Source of the DNA: Ramazzottius varieornatus
Taxonomy: Eukaryota > Animalia > Tardigrada
Assembly: GCA_001949185.1 (NCBI GenBank)
Contig: BDGG01000002.1
Coordinates: forward strand, 682,001 to 746,000
Length of the DNA: 64,000 nt
Direction of reading: 5' to 3'
Of this stretch, positions 13,282 through 24,912 are shown one piece after another (the first letter of the stretch is position 1; every line of letters starts with the position of its first letter). A program made the position numbers and the translations under genes. Below the pieces are notes generated by a model. It saw only the letters and a program-made list of their open reading frames with translations, did not search any database and was not told the origin of the DNA.

Positions 13282-13866
13282 TGGAGAGATCTTCAGTTGC
13301 ACGGAAGAAAGGAAAAACTGAAGGGAAAGAAGCTTCCGTTGCCAGCGAGTGTGACCAATGCTAACCGTAAGCGCAAGGAGTATTATGTTGAGAAGATCTT
13401 GGACCGTCGACAGCTGACCAGTTTTTTGGGCTCTCCTTGAGAATACTACGTCAAATGCGATGGTCATCCGGATTCTCAAAATAGCTGGATTCAACTCTCA
13501 GCTTTCGAAACGGATCGGCATTTGCCCGAGGAATTCAATGCTGTGATGGAAAGTGAGAAGAAGCCAGTCAGGAATCGCGTACGTGAGAAGAGAGACTGGG
13601 AACGATTGGCATTTGCAGAAGCGTGTGACGTCATATATAACGCATTGGAAGTTGTGCCAGGCAGTCGGTTGCTGGCTAAAAGCCTTGTGACGTATTACGC
13701 GGAGCAGCTCAAAGAACCTCTAACCACTGACAACCGGAAATCGTTCGAGAAGACAGTAGGAAAAGCCCTCGGACTAGAATTCCCCGACCACAAGACCACG
13801 TTCAAGCTCGGACCTCGTATGGGTAATAAACAGGACAGATTTCACAAGAACCTTGCTTTCAGTTAG
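13282..13866 (+). pseudogene. Chromodomain + RFX-like winged-helix protein, transposon cargo
   Basis: EYYVEKILDRR...*EYYVKCDGHPDSQNSWIQLSAF (TGA 13438-40) in frame with VIYNALEVVPGSRL...LVTYY...VGKALGLEFP...KLGPRMGNKQ..HKNL, an RFX DNA-binding-domain pattern. Confidence 0.7.
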
Positions 13867-14578
13867 TTCACTGCATCATATGGGAGGTCGGCAAACTAGC
13901 TTGACCACGTCGGTCTACTAAAAGGCGCACGTTCTTGGCGATTCTGGGTGCAATGATGCGCCACTCTGGACAACAATGAAAGCCGAGCTGTTTGCTCTGT
14001 ATAAATGCTAAGAGTTGAAGTGTTCATCGGGACAACGCATCAGCATACACTTCGACTCTGTATGATGAACACTTCGACTCTGTACAGCACATAATTAACG
14101 TGTGCTCTATCTCTCTTCCAGAAATTCCTCCAACTGCAGAAGTCAAAACTCTCTCATAACAGAAGTACGACACGCGGGGCATGATTGAGCAAATAGTCAA
14201 GGTTATTTTGTGGTTTTTTCCACTCGAATGCATTTTTACGCTTTGGGTTTACCAGTAAGTTTGCTCAACATTTACTTATTAACATTCGATTCGCATTTAT
14301 CGTCAACCGTCTGCATATTAGGCTATTGGCAATGTCCTGAAACTTACCCATAGAGCGTTATGTAGATGCTTAGCCAAATTATCGATCGCTAGGGATTTAG
14401 CCTGCCTGCTTGGATCTGGAAAAAGATATTTGCTAATACCCGTTGCGATTACTGTGCCGGCTGAACTTCCAAGTGGTGAAACCAGCGCACACATTATTAC
14501 TTCCTGAACGTACGAGCAGTTCCCGAAGTTCAGGAGGATAACCGAAGAATAGCAGCACTACGGAAAGACAAATCTTTC

Positions 14579-14787
14579 CGTAGACGTGTGATGAGAAATT
14601 AGAGGGCAGTAAAAACAATGGGATAGGCGGAAAGGACAGCAAAAAGGAAAAGCGACTGTGGGGAAGCGTCGAAAAGTGTATTAGAGTTTATCAACCGTTT
14701 AAGTACGTGCTTCCGCACCGCCACAGCCAAAAGGCCTGTTCCATTATTTTTTTTGCTGTCCCACAATTTCTCGTCGTGCGTGTACTG
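14579..14787. mobile_element. MITE family A, intronic copy
   Basis: Similar along its length to 7650-7836; ends AATTTCTCGTCGTGCGTGTACTG. Confidence 0.7.
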
Positions 14788-15709
14788 GCAATTCTGTTAC
14801 GGATGTCTGCTGCAGGCTTCTTTGCTCACTGGTCTGCAGCGCTCACCACGACTTTCCGTAGACATCCTTGTTAGGGCACTAGCGAAGTCCATGTTTCCTT
14901 TCGTCGAATCGTACGTTATGCGGATAGTTCGAAAGTGCAGTTTTCCGAGTAGTGCTATAGTTCCGGCCTGTCAAATGTATAAAACGCAGATCTGGCGCCT
15001 TCATCCACTACGGCGTAAAGCGATCTCCACTGATGCTTTCGTAGAAGCTCATAGTATAATGCCCTTGTGCACGCGAAAAGAAAGACGTTCGTTGTGACCC
15101 CCGTTGGACTCATGGCTCTATCCCGAATAGTTATTTCCGAGTCTGCGCTGAAAAGGGATGGTATGAAATTACCAATGAAACAATAATCACAAAAAGAGAC
15201 AGTCAAAGAGGCGCAGTTACGCGGTAATCAACAAGACGTCCCAGTTCGCAGTCAATTGATTCAGCATTGGGGCTTCCGTACATCCCGACGTCAGGCTAGC
15301 GACGGTATCCTCAGGGTGCGTCAAAGCTTCAGGGTAGTACCATCTTGCCAGTAGGTCCTGTGCGTTATTGGTGAACTGACCACAGGTTGTTCCCCAGACG
15401 CCGTGCAGATAGGTGTGCGAAAAAGTAAAGTATTGATCATATCGTCGCAGCTCGCTCACGCCGTTCTCGAAAGCTGGTTTCAATACGGAAACGGATGCAA
15501 GCGTGGCGAAATCAACGCTAACAGGTGAAACGATTCTGAAGTGTGGTTTTGCAGTAACGGATCAATAACTCGACGGAAAAGGACTCATCAGAACTACGGT
15601 AAGCGGGTGAGATTGCAAGGGGTCAGACTGGTCCGGCAGATAACTGACACAACTAATCGACGTTGGGATGCCGTCTGTCAAAAGTAACGTCCTCTACGGA
15701 CAACATGCC

Positions 15710-15911
15710 CACCGAGCTCACCGAGCTCACCGAGCTCACCGAGCTCACCGAGCTCACCGAGCTCACCGAGCTCACCGAGCTCACCGAGCTCACCGAGCTC
15801 ACCGAGCTCACCGAGCTCACCGAGCTCACCGAGCTCACCGAGCTCACCGAGCTCACCGAGCTCACCGAGCTCACCGAGCTTACCGAGCTTAGCTTACCGA
15901 GCTCACCGAGC
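15710..15911 (+). repeat. 9-bp tandem array (CACCGAGCT)~22
   Basis: About 20 near-perfect units 15711-15890 plus degenerate units. Confidence 0.95.
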
Positions 15912-15987
15912 TGGAAAACAACAGGATTACATCTGAGAATTGCTACGGCGTTTTCGCATGTAAAAAAACCGCCACCATAATGCCAAG

Positions 15988-16801
15988 AGCGGAGGTTTTG
16001 GGCGTTAACCACAACGCCGACAACCAATGAACAACAGCCAACTGCTGGATTTATTTTACAATGAGCAGAACACTAACAGTAAAACAGAAACGTATACCAT
16101 AAAACAGGAAATCTCATGAGGTAAAACGCGAAAGACAACCGAAAATGAAATTATGAGTTCAGTAAGGGATGCGAGCACCGGAGTTGTTGATACACTCAGT
16201 CATTCTGCTGTACATCGAGCTCACCAGGTTTCTGCAGTACTGGGGAGTAACAATTACCTTCCATGCTTCCTGAATTAGAGTGTCAAGCTCCTCAGGATCT
16301 TTCGATCGCAGATATACATTCATTTTTTCCCAGACATTCTCGATGACANNNNNNNNNNNNNNNNNNNNNNNNNNNNNNNNNNNNNNNNNNNNNNNNNNTG
16401 TCATCGAGAATGTCCGGGAAAAAATGAATGTATATCTGCGATCGAAGACCGAAAGATCCTGAGGAGCTTGACACTCTAATTCAGGAAGCATGGAAGGTAA
16501 TTGTTACTCCCCAGTACTGCAGAAACCTGGTGAGCCCGATGTACAGCAGAATGACTGAGTGTATCAACAACTCCGGTGCTCGCATCCCTTACTGAACTCA
16601 TAATTTCATTTTCGGTTGTCTTTCGTGTTTTACCTCATGAGATTTCCTGTTTTATGGTATACGTTTCTGTGTTACTGTTAGTGTTCTGCTCATTGTAAAA
16701 TAAATAAATCCAGCAGTTGGCTGTTGTTCGTTGGTTGTCGGCGTTGTGGTTAACGCCCAAAAACTCCGCCCAGTTTCGGGTGACCATATTGGCGTACACT
16801 G
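15988..16801. mobile_element. Two inverted 3' ends of a Tc1-like transposon either side of a 50-N gap
   Basis: VIENVW...L...IQEAW..I....CRNLVSSMYSRMTECINNSGARIPY is a Tc1 DDE C-terminus; right copy ends ...GGCGTACACTG followed by TA; arms 15988-16348 and 16399-16770 are reverse complements. Confidence 0.85.
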
Positions 16802-18219
16802 TATTTCACCCACCATCCGCGCGGTTTCTTTACACGCGCCCCGACTCAAACCTGTCCCGCATCATTGGCACTTTGAGGTACTGTATACACCAGATGTCAC
16901 CGAAGGAAACCGACAGAGAGAAGAAACACATAACTTACGCGTTCACACGGTGAACAGCTGAACGCCCAAGTGACCAGCTACTTTAGGCTTAAGGGACTAG
17001 TCGACGATGAAAAGATGGACGCAGTTGTAACTGACCCTTGAACTCTTTGGGGCGGTGGAATCGTAGACTTTTTCCATGACTATCTTTGCTTATTAGTTTT
17101 GCACCGGTTGTGGAACTCTCGTGGCCGCTATTACGAACGCAACTTGGCAAGATGGTGCCTCTAACGGAAGGGCCTTCTCTGAGCTACCTTTGCAAGGACA
17201 AACCACCCTCGGCTCTATCCCGTTCAGACTGAGCGATTCCTGTCTGTCGGCGCAACAAGGTTTACTGTTCATCAAGGAGATCATTGTTAACTCGGTTCAA
17301 GGAGTGGATGCGAGAGGAACGATCAGATTAGAAAAGTACCATTCATTGTTCGAGGACCTTTCGATCTGGTTTTCGCGTGAAAGCGCGGAATTCTTGGTCG
17401 TCGATAAAGTCCAGCCATTGGTGGAAACAAACCAAAACGATGAGTCCTCTAAGTCTTTTCCCAAGAAAGCGAATTCCGACCGGAGTACCGGCGGAATTTT
17501 ATCGCGTGTTTCAGCTGGTGCCGCGAGCTTTAGTCAGAGTAGACTTTTTTCAATCGAAGCATAGAAGCTGAGCCCATACCGTGCGCTTGTACGTAGATTG
17601 CCGATGCACCCGCAATATTTCGGACTTGTGAATTTTTACACGATAAAATTTCTTCGCTAGCTGACTGCTTCCGTTGGTTCTGGCAACGGACCGTCTTCCT
17701 CCACCTTTCCTCGCTCATCATGTTCCTCATCCCTGTTCTTTAATGGAAACACGGATTTTGACGTGCCAGATACTGCTCCCATTTGTTACGACAGTCAACG
17801 GCCCTGGGATGCCTGGGTTTACCCTTGACGGTGAGCAAAGCTCTGATAATTTTCGCATTTTCATCTGGTTTCAAAGCTCCAACCAGAGATACCCAGCAAG
17901 ATTTGTTTATCGAAATTTATCGAAATTCAGCGATCTTGAACATTTGATTGTTTTTTTGAACTTTCGGAACTTACGCATCTGATTGTCTGATCAAGACTGG
18001 GAGTAGTAAAAAATCAGACGTCTCTGTCAACTGTTTTATACGTCCGAGCGAAGCAAAAAGGTATCATATTCTTCTTTGGTGTACTCTTCTTTGGTTCTTT
18101 ATTCAGTGTATACAGAATATCCGCATTGAATGAACTACCATTGCGGCAACGAACGTGAGGACATGGCGAATCAGTCAATCAAAATCAAGGCGGTGTTCGG
18201 GGCGGGATCGCAATCAAGA

Positions 18220-18312
18220 GATTTGATGGACTTTATTGGAAAGCACTCTCTGAAATCTAGATCACCCCACCACTCACCCTATAGCCTCGACTCATCCCAA
18301 ACTCTATTCTAG
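18220..18312 (+). mobile_element. Possible mariner transposase relic
   Basis: LMDFIGKH....PHHSPYSLDS weakly resembles DFLAK....PHPPYSPDLAP. Confidence 0.3.
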
Positions 18313-19303
18313 AACACAATGACAGAGAAGCTATAGATATCACTCAAGGGATCACAGGAAGACTCTCGGTATCACGAAGGAACATCTGTTACGCATAAAA
18401 CAGCTGACTAAACCGGAAACGTTGATCAAGGCTTTTGATTGCCGTGACGTCACGTCATACAGTCAGCTTCGATTGCTTGATTTGCCATGTCCTCACGTTG
18501 TTTGCCATGCACCATGCAGTTGAACGAGTTGGGATCGAGGGACGCCAGCGAAAAAGGATTTGATTATATGAAACAAGGCCAGAAGCCTTGGCAAATGAAG
18601 TTAACTGAACAGCCTGGAAGAGAAAATAACATGTCTCAGGTATTGTTTCAGGCATGACGCGGCTGAGTATCGGACGGTCATGTCAGACCTCCACCTGACA
18701 AGACAGCCTAGCTTGTCGGTTGGCTAACGATTTGATCCAGTCTATCGTTGGGCCAAGTCGCTCAGTAGATCTGACCTGGACTTCTCGAGTCACTCGACTT
18801 TAGGGGGACCGAACTGAGTCGGCCATTTCGCTCATTCATTCGGGTGGATCCCTTCAACGGAAAATGAATGGAAATCAGTCAGGTATTCAATTGAAGGAAA
18901 ATGGGAGAAAAGTTTAGAAATCAAATAATCAATTCGAGAAAGATTAGTCGGAAAAGTTGGTCAATCAAGCATGTTGTTCGACTGATTGATTGACTGGTTG
19001 CACAGGTGATGCGCGAAGACGTGAAAGTAGTAGGCTCATCGTACATGCGCATACGTACACGACCGCTCTCGTGTCGAAGTGTACTCCAGAGCTGCGGAGC
19101 TATTTAGCTCGCGAGCTAAATCTGCCCTTTTTCTACGAAAACGCAAAATAGGGTTGTGCGGCGCACGAACCTGGATGAGCTTTTTGTACCTCGTGAAAGA
19201 GGCGAAATGAGCTAAACGAGCTAAATAGCTCCACCGGACTGGTGTACTCCTGACCGACGAACATTTTTTCATGGGTTTTAGGCCACACTGTATAGGGTTG
19301 TCT

Positions 19304-19721
19304 AGGGTTGTTAAAAACCAATCCACCAACGGATGGATCCGGATCCATCTATCCGGTTGGAAACCGAGCAGGATCAGTTCAACCACTCAAAAAAGAACAG
19401 TCAGTACAACCGTGTAGCCTTCAGTCCGGTTCGGATTTCGATTAATTTGTCGGCCCCTTCTGTGGAACAGGGCCTGTACTTGATTATGCTCAACTTGAGA
19501 CGCAACCTGGGGTCAGATTCGACCCGTTCCGGACTGCAGATTCACATTTTCACAGTGTGAAACCGTTAGCCGGTTGCAATCCGGATCATTCGGTTGAGAA
19601 ACACAACCATCCAGCTTCTATCCGGATAGGGGTTCCATCTAACCAGCCGCAATACGGACAGGAACCCCATCCATCCGCTCATCCACCCGTTTAACCGTTT
19701 AACCATCCATTAACAACCCTT
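19304..19721. mobile_element. hAT-like MITE inside UGT pseudogene
   Basis: AGGGTTGTTAA ... TTAACAACCCT ends with repeated CCATCC/AACCG subterminal motifs. Confidence 0.6.
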
Positions 19722-20975
19722 TCCGCGCCTCGGCCACTGAAAGAAATTATAGCTGCACTTGAAAGCACGGAGAAATCGGTTATCTTATCGCTGAACCGCT
19801 TGTACGTTAAAGACCTTCCGGACGGCGTCAAGGTCGCCAATGGTGGTAGGATGAACGATGGAAGTCACGAGCGTTTATCGGTATCTGCACGGGTACCGCA
19901 GACAGTGATCCTAATACATCCGGCCGTGGCGGTGTTTTCTGCGGCACTGTGGATGGAACAGCACCATCGAAGCTGCACGTATGGTGTACCTGTGGTGGCT
20001 TGGCCGTACGTCTCCGATCAGAAGCGAGATGGCCTGCTGCTGCGCTGGTTAATCTGAGTATGGCATTGGTGTTTCCTGGTGTCAGCAGCCATGATAACTC
20101 GAGAGTGGTTTCACCTGAGGAGATAGTAGATGCGGTGAATGAAGTGGCTGGATGGATTGATAACAGGTCTTATTGGGAAGCGGCGGCGACGTGGAAAGAT
20201 ATGGTCACGAATGCACGACGGCCTGGCGGTAGGGATTTCGAAGAACTGCAGAAGTTCGTCAGTCTAGGTTGTCTTCGCGGTTCAACAATTTCTGTGTGAC
20301 AGGCGCAACTGGCGCGGTCTTACACGCAAGACCGCTGCTCCACGTCACGCTAGCTTGAATTAAGCACAGTTAGTCCAACAAACAAACGAAGTAGCTGTAG
20401 TAAAACTATGCATACGGTAGAATGCATCGTTGATAGGAATTGGTTGTCCGTTACCTGTCATTGAACCAGGTCATATTCACACATTTCTCACTACTGCGCA
20501 CAGATACGTTTCTTGTATTTCCATAAATAATTTCAAGCCGAAATTATCATAATTACGGAGTTTGATTAGTTTCATTAGCTTGTATCTGTTGCAAGCCGAT
20601 AATACGTTTGGTGAAATTCAGCTCGACATAGCGAAATGGAATATGAGGGATTGACCATACCAATTCGTTTGAGTCCTTGCTCTCCTAAGACGTTAGCTGC
20701 GAAGTTATCAACTTTCAGGTGCCAAGCTGAAACTGGGAAAAACCTTCGGCAGCTTTTAGTGGTAGTAAATATCGCAAAGTCTGTAGATGAATGTCATAAA
20801 TCTGGGGTAAACCACCGGCACCGCTGAACAACCGAAGTGACTTTTCATTTTACATTCAACGTACGTAAACCTTTCATCCAGTCTAGAAGCTTTCTAGGAA
20901 CCATTGTGAACCGATAACTATCCCCGTGCGCATTATACAACTTTGCCGGAACATTAATATCGACTTGATTCCAGG

Positions 20976-22375
20976 ATGGCATCCAGCAGGAAACACATTG
21001 TGATTGCACCCTTTTATGGTTTTGGCTGTCTGCTACCGGCCATGGAACTAGGTCGTAAATTGGCAAACTCCTCATGCCGCGTCACAATCATCGTCTCCAG
21101 TGCCACCAACAAGAACGGTTTCGAGCAAAAAGTTCTGCCTTTGAATGGTGCAAACTTTCTGGACAATATCGTATTCCAGATGCCTTCCACTACGAGTAAT
21201 AGTGCAACTCTACTAATGGACGCATCCAGAGCAAGCAGCCCGGCAATGGCTAAACAACTTCGTTTTATGGAAAATGTGACAACTAACCGTCGGGAAATCG
21301 GAGACTGTTTACAGACATTAATAAAGGAAGAAGGTGTTGATGCGGTCATTTCCGAATGTCTTTGGGGAGGTGATATTGTCGAGCTGGCTACGAGACAGTC
21401 TGTTCCGGCGTACTACTTTTGTAGTACCAGTATGGCGGATTTGCTGATCATTGGGGCTATCACGCCTGAAACGGTACGCTCCGATCCGATGAACGGAAGC
21501 CTGTTTACTGAATTACCTCCGAGAGGGAAGAGTCTTGAAAGAGTGCCATTCATGTTCCAAGAAGTGTTCCTCTCCGCACAACGAGGTCTGCAGTTTGTGA
21601 AGGGAATCGTTATCAACTCGGTGCGGGAGGTTGACAGCGAATTGGTGCCGCTGTTGGAATTTTATCCTCTCTTCAAACACATCCCTCTGTGGTTTGTTGG
21701 ACCGCTGTTGGCCGGAGATGACGGTATACGGGAAAGCAGAGAAGCGTTACCGAAGTGCAAGCTTGGTTGAACAAAAAGGCAGAACGAACTGTTGCATACG
21801 TTTCTTTTGGTTCGCACTGCGCACCAAGTCCGTCGCAGACAGAGGAGATTTTTCGAGCACTCAGACGCATCGACAAACCGGTCATCTGTTCTCTGAATCC
21901 GCTGTGCTTCAAAGACCTTCCAAGCGAAATCGCGGTTGCACAAGCTGGAAGTGTCAACGCCAACGCTAATAAACAGCTGTTGGTGCTTGGATGGGCACCG
22001 CAGACAACTATTCTGGCTCATCCAGCAGTGGCGGTGTTTGTGTCTCACTGTGGATGGAATAGTACGTTGGAAGCCATGACGTACGGGGTGCCGGTGGTGA
22101 CCTGGCCTTTCACATCCGACCAGCAGCGAAATGCCCAGCTCCTGGCTGATCTGGGCATGGCGATACCGCTACCCGATGTAAGTAACCATGATGATTCAAG
22201 AGTAGTGTATTCGCGGGAGCTGGTCAACGCAGTGAACACAGTGGCCGGATGGACCGGTGCAAAGTCGTACTGGGAGGCCGCAGGGAAGTGGAAAGCAATA
22301 GTAGAGAGCGCGAGACGTCCAGGTGGCAGTTCGTACCAGGAGTCACTTGACTTTTTAGCGTCCATCTTTCTGTAA
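20976..22375 (+). CDS. Plant-type family-1 UDP-glycosyltransferase, intronless, single frameshift at ~21740
   Basis: ORFs 20976-21770 and 21755-22375; HIVIAPF..G.LLP, DAVISE, INSVREVD, FVGPL, WL......VAYVSFGS and full PSPG box WAPQTTILAHPAVAVFVSHCGWNSTLEAMTYGVPVVTWPFTSDQ; no signal peptide or TM. Confidence 0.9.
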
Positions 22376-23251
22376 CTAGAAGTATCCACCGTTCACGTAC
22401 AATCCGAGTTCATTTCCACGTGTTATGCAGCGTCGTTTTTGTCTCACCCACGCCACTGCATGACATTACTATTGTGAGTTCCGTATCCAAAGAGTGTGTG
22501 AGTGAGTGAGGTTTTGAACATACACGTACGATGAGAAAATATGGGGCAGTAAAAATTATGAGCCAGGCGGAAAAGACGGCAAATTAGCGAAAAGGACTGA
22601 TCAATAACTTTTACTGACCCATAATTTCTTATCGCGCGTGTTTTGTCAATCGCGCAGTACCCCTGCGCTACTTCGGAGGTCAGCACGAGTTGCAGATACG
22701 ACTGGAGCTAAGCGAACCGTAGAAACGGCTCTTATCAATACCACGATATCAGAACATTGCAATTAATCTTATGATTTTATGCCTAGTCTAAGGACAGTTC
22801 CAGGTCGCCATCACACAGATTGAGCTGCCACCGCGGGATGAAAGGCCGACTGTAGTTATTAATAAAAATAAGCTGCAACGTCACTTATAAGCGGAGCAGC
22901 TGATCAAAACTTTGAGTAGCTGGGCAGCCACCGTGCTAGCTAACAGTAACTCAGATTACGCTATTTTGCTCAAATAAGGGGGCTCAGGAGAGCAAAGTGT
23001 AGTTACACGTCACGAAAGGGGCGAAGCAAGCCGTTGCGACAGTCGGAATGTGAACCAAACTGGCAACTTAATCTCTATATTTTCTCTACATCATTTCACG
23101 AGCGGTGTTCCGATAAACAGCCCGTAGCTGACGAATATGGGGCGCGACTTGCGTCAAAACTTGTGACGCATTTTTTAGCGACAATTCTTGCAGTTTCATA
23201 GCACATTGCAAACATAACGGCTACAAACGCTGGGACTTCGTCTAGGGGCGT

Positions 23252-23301
23252 NNNNNNNNNNNNNNNNNNNNNNNNNNNNNNNNNNNNNNNNNNNNNNNNN
23301 N
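23252..23301. other. Assembly gap (50 N); another at 16349-16398
   Basis: Runs of N. Confidence 1.
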
Positions 23302-24912
23302 CAATGTGCTATGTTTCAAATATATTAAATATCCATAGCATTCGTGCCGGCATATCTGCTATGTCAGGCAGCCATGGCGCTGGAAAATCTAAATCTGGCA
23401 AGCAGCTGGGGAATGGTAATGTTGAGGTTGACGCCACTTGTCAAAGCGATGTGCAAGCCGTGTACGTACGCTCCACCCATTGAGCCGTCCCGTCGGCGAA
23501 GCCAGAGTCTTCGAAATTAACCGACCCGAATTCGGGCCGTTGGTCACATGACGAGCACTACATTCGGGCACCAATTTTTTGCCACATTAGCTACTGCGCA
23601 GCGCCATGGCTGATTTCAGGCATAAATGCTATGTTTCAACATTCTTGACAGTAGCTGCCGACTACGCCGGTACGCAGAGGGTGAGGTGAGGCTCTAGGCG
23701 GTCCGATACAGTGTGAGACGTTATCCTTTCTGGGGTCCTTCCTTCACTCGTTTGAGGGGGCAGGGTCCCATAGCAAGTAGATGACGAGGGAAGCGATTCC
23801 CTTATTAGTCCGTCGAGATTTCAGTGAACGATGGGATTGTTTGAGCTTTCAGATATCGCAAACTCCGTACAGAGAAAAGTCGCGCCGGTTGATCCGGGCG
23901 ACCAAAAGTGTTCACTGGCAAACCATACTCAGCTCGGCAGGGCTGCAGGGCAGTCAAGACGAGCGAACTCGCTAAACTGCCACCGATTCCGCCACACAAT
24001 CACAGTGTCCACCCAGTTACCTGCAACTCGAACCTTCTAGTCATTCATTTTGACAGAACACAATTTCGGAAACGTTTAGGGACCAACAGGAATATCTTGT
24101 ACCGCAAAGCGGCTCCAGCCCAGTACCCCAAAGCATACCACTACCTCTGGTGAACTGGCGGCATAGCAGACGATGCAGCAACGGAGGCGCGATGCGCTGG
24201 AGTGCGAGCAGGCAGGGGGTTTAGGGCCACGGGCCGCAGCCCATTGGTGTCAACAGTACGATCCACTATCCAGGCAAAAATTACGAGCTGCTACTCATCC
24301 ATTGTAACACGAGCCACCGACACAAGCCAGCTGCTTTCCAGTTCTAGCATTTCTTCTCGCGTACATTAACTAATACTAGCTAGTGGTTCTGACCACTGGG
24401 AAGACCGAGCACAGGAGGCAAAAGGTTATAGGCTACACATTTCTACTGCGTTACGTTGCAGTTGCGAGTGAAAAATTTCCGTTACCCGGATCAAGTTACG
24501 CATTTGTTTTCACTACACAGTTTGCGATATGTGAAAGCTCGAACAATCTGATCGTCCATTGATACATCGACAGACTTAAACGGGGCTCGCTTCGCTCGGC
24601 CTGATTCTAGTCGTACAAAACTTGTGGAAACTTTGAATCCATCGAGTGGAATTTTCACTTGGTTATTCAGAAACACTTCAGTTTATTAGTTTCCTAGCTA
24701 ATGGGATGGTGGTTGAGATCAAAAACCGTACAACCGAATTGATCCATCAAGAAAAATGCATAAAGTTGTGAGAAAACGTCCCATCCTTAAGTAAATTTGG
24801 CAGGTTAGAGCGTAGTGACTCGGTGCACGAGCTTATTCGAACGTTTGTGCGTGCACGAATTGCAACGCCAAAACCCACTTCGTGCCCAAACTATGGCACG
24901 AACTTTGAAAAG

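Larger units (their letters stand above)
8949..14394. mobile_element. Non-autonomous cargo-carrying DNA transposon, probably CMC (EnSpm/Mirage/Chapaev) superfamily
   Basis: Perfect 12-bp TIRs CCCTAGCGATCG (8949-8960) / CGATCGCTAGGG (14383-14394); 4-bp TSD CTTT/ATTT; removing element plus one TSD restores the host frame IQAGRL[N/K]MTGGE. Confidence 0.85.
7176..15640 (-). pseudogene. Natriuretic-peptide-receptor / receptor guanylate cyclase-type ectodomain + TM gene, disrupted
   Basis: Spliceable exons: PAFENGV..LLARWYY..SGCTE..NWDVLLIT / IRDR.MSPT..HQWRSLYAVVD / SRVLLFFG.P.LRELL / IQAGRLN|MTGGECVFIA..HPFYGNFTW / VYQAVEILGQ / SGKDL..RNF..LG...SER / W....P.GEPLC...C / TM AWFFLPLVFFLLASSTVFVF / EWWKI..*; stop at 15562, frameshift ~14965, split by the 8949-14394 insertion. 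Confidence 0.8.
16990..20299 (+). pseudogene. UDP-glycosyltransferase pseudogene, tandem paralog of 20976-22375
   Basis: DAVV..LWGGGIVD, FSELP...PF....LSAQQGLLFIKEIIVNSV (to ~17372) and PQTVILIHPAVAVF/HCGWNST/YGVPVVAWP..SDQ/HDNSRVV...SYWEAA (19721-20299); several stops and frameshifts and a ~2.3-kb interruption. Confidence 0.85.

Noticed and set aside
13438-13440. In-frame TGA in the chromodomain as selenocysteine or readthrough
   Set aside because: Other stops occur in the same frame and in sibling cargo genes; ordinary decay is simpler
7650-14787. Two MITE A copies as ends of a composite transposon
   Set aside because: Both lie in separate introns of the receptor gene; the insertion boundaries are the TIRs at 8949 and 14394
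15653-16027. TEL/HRA/SSV repeat ORFs as proteins
   Set aside because: Open only because the 9-bp unit has no stop codons; no coding context
21729-21737. Programmed -1 frameshift at GGGAAAG in the UGT
   Set aside because: The heptamer is not in the X XXY YYZ phase relative to the upstream ORF; the nearest GT-AG pair would give an implausible 16-nt intron
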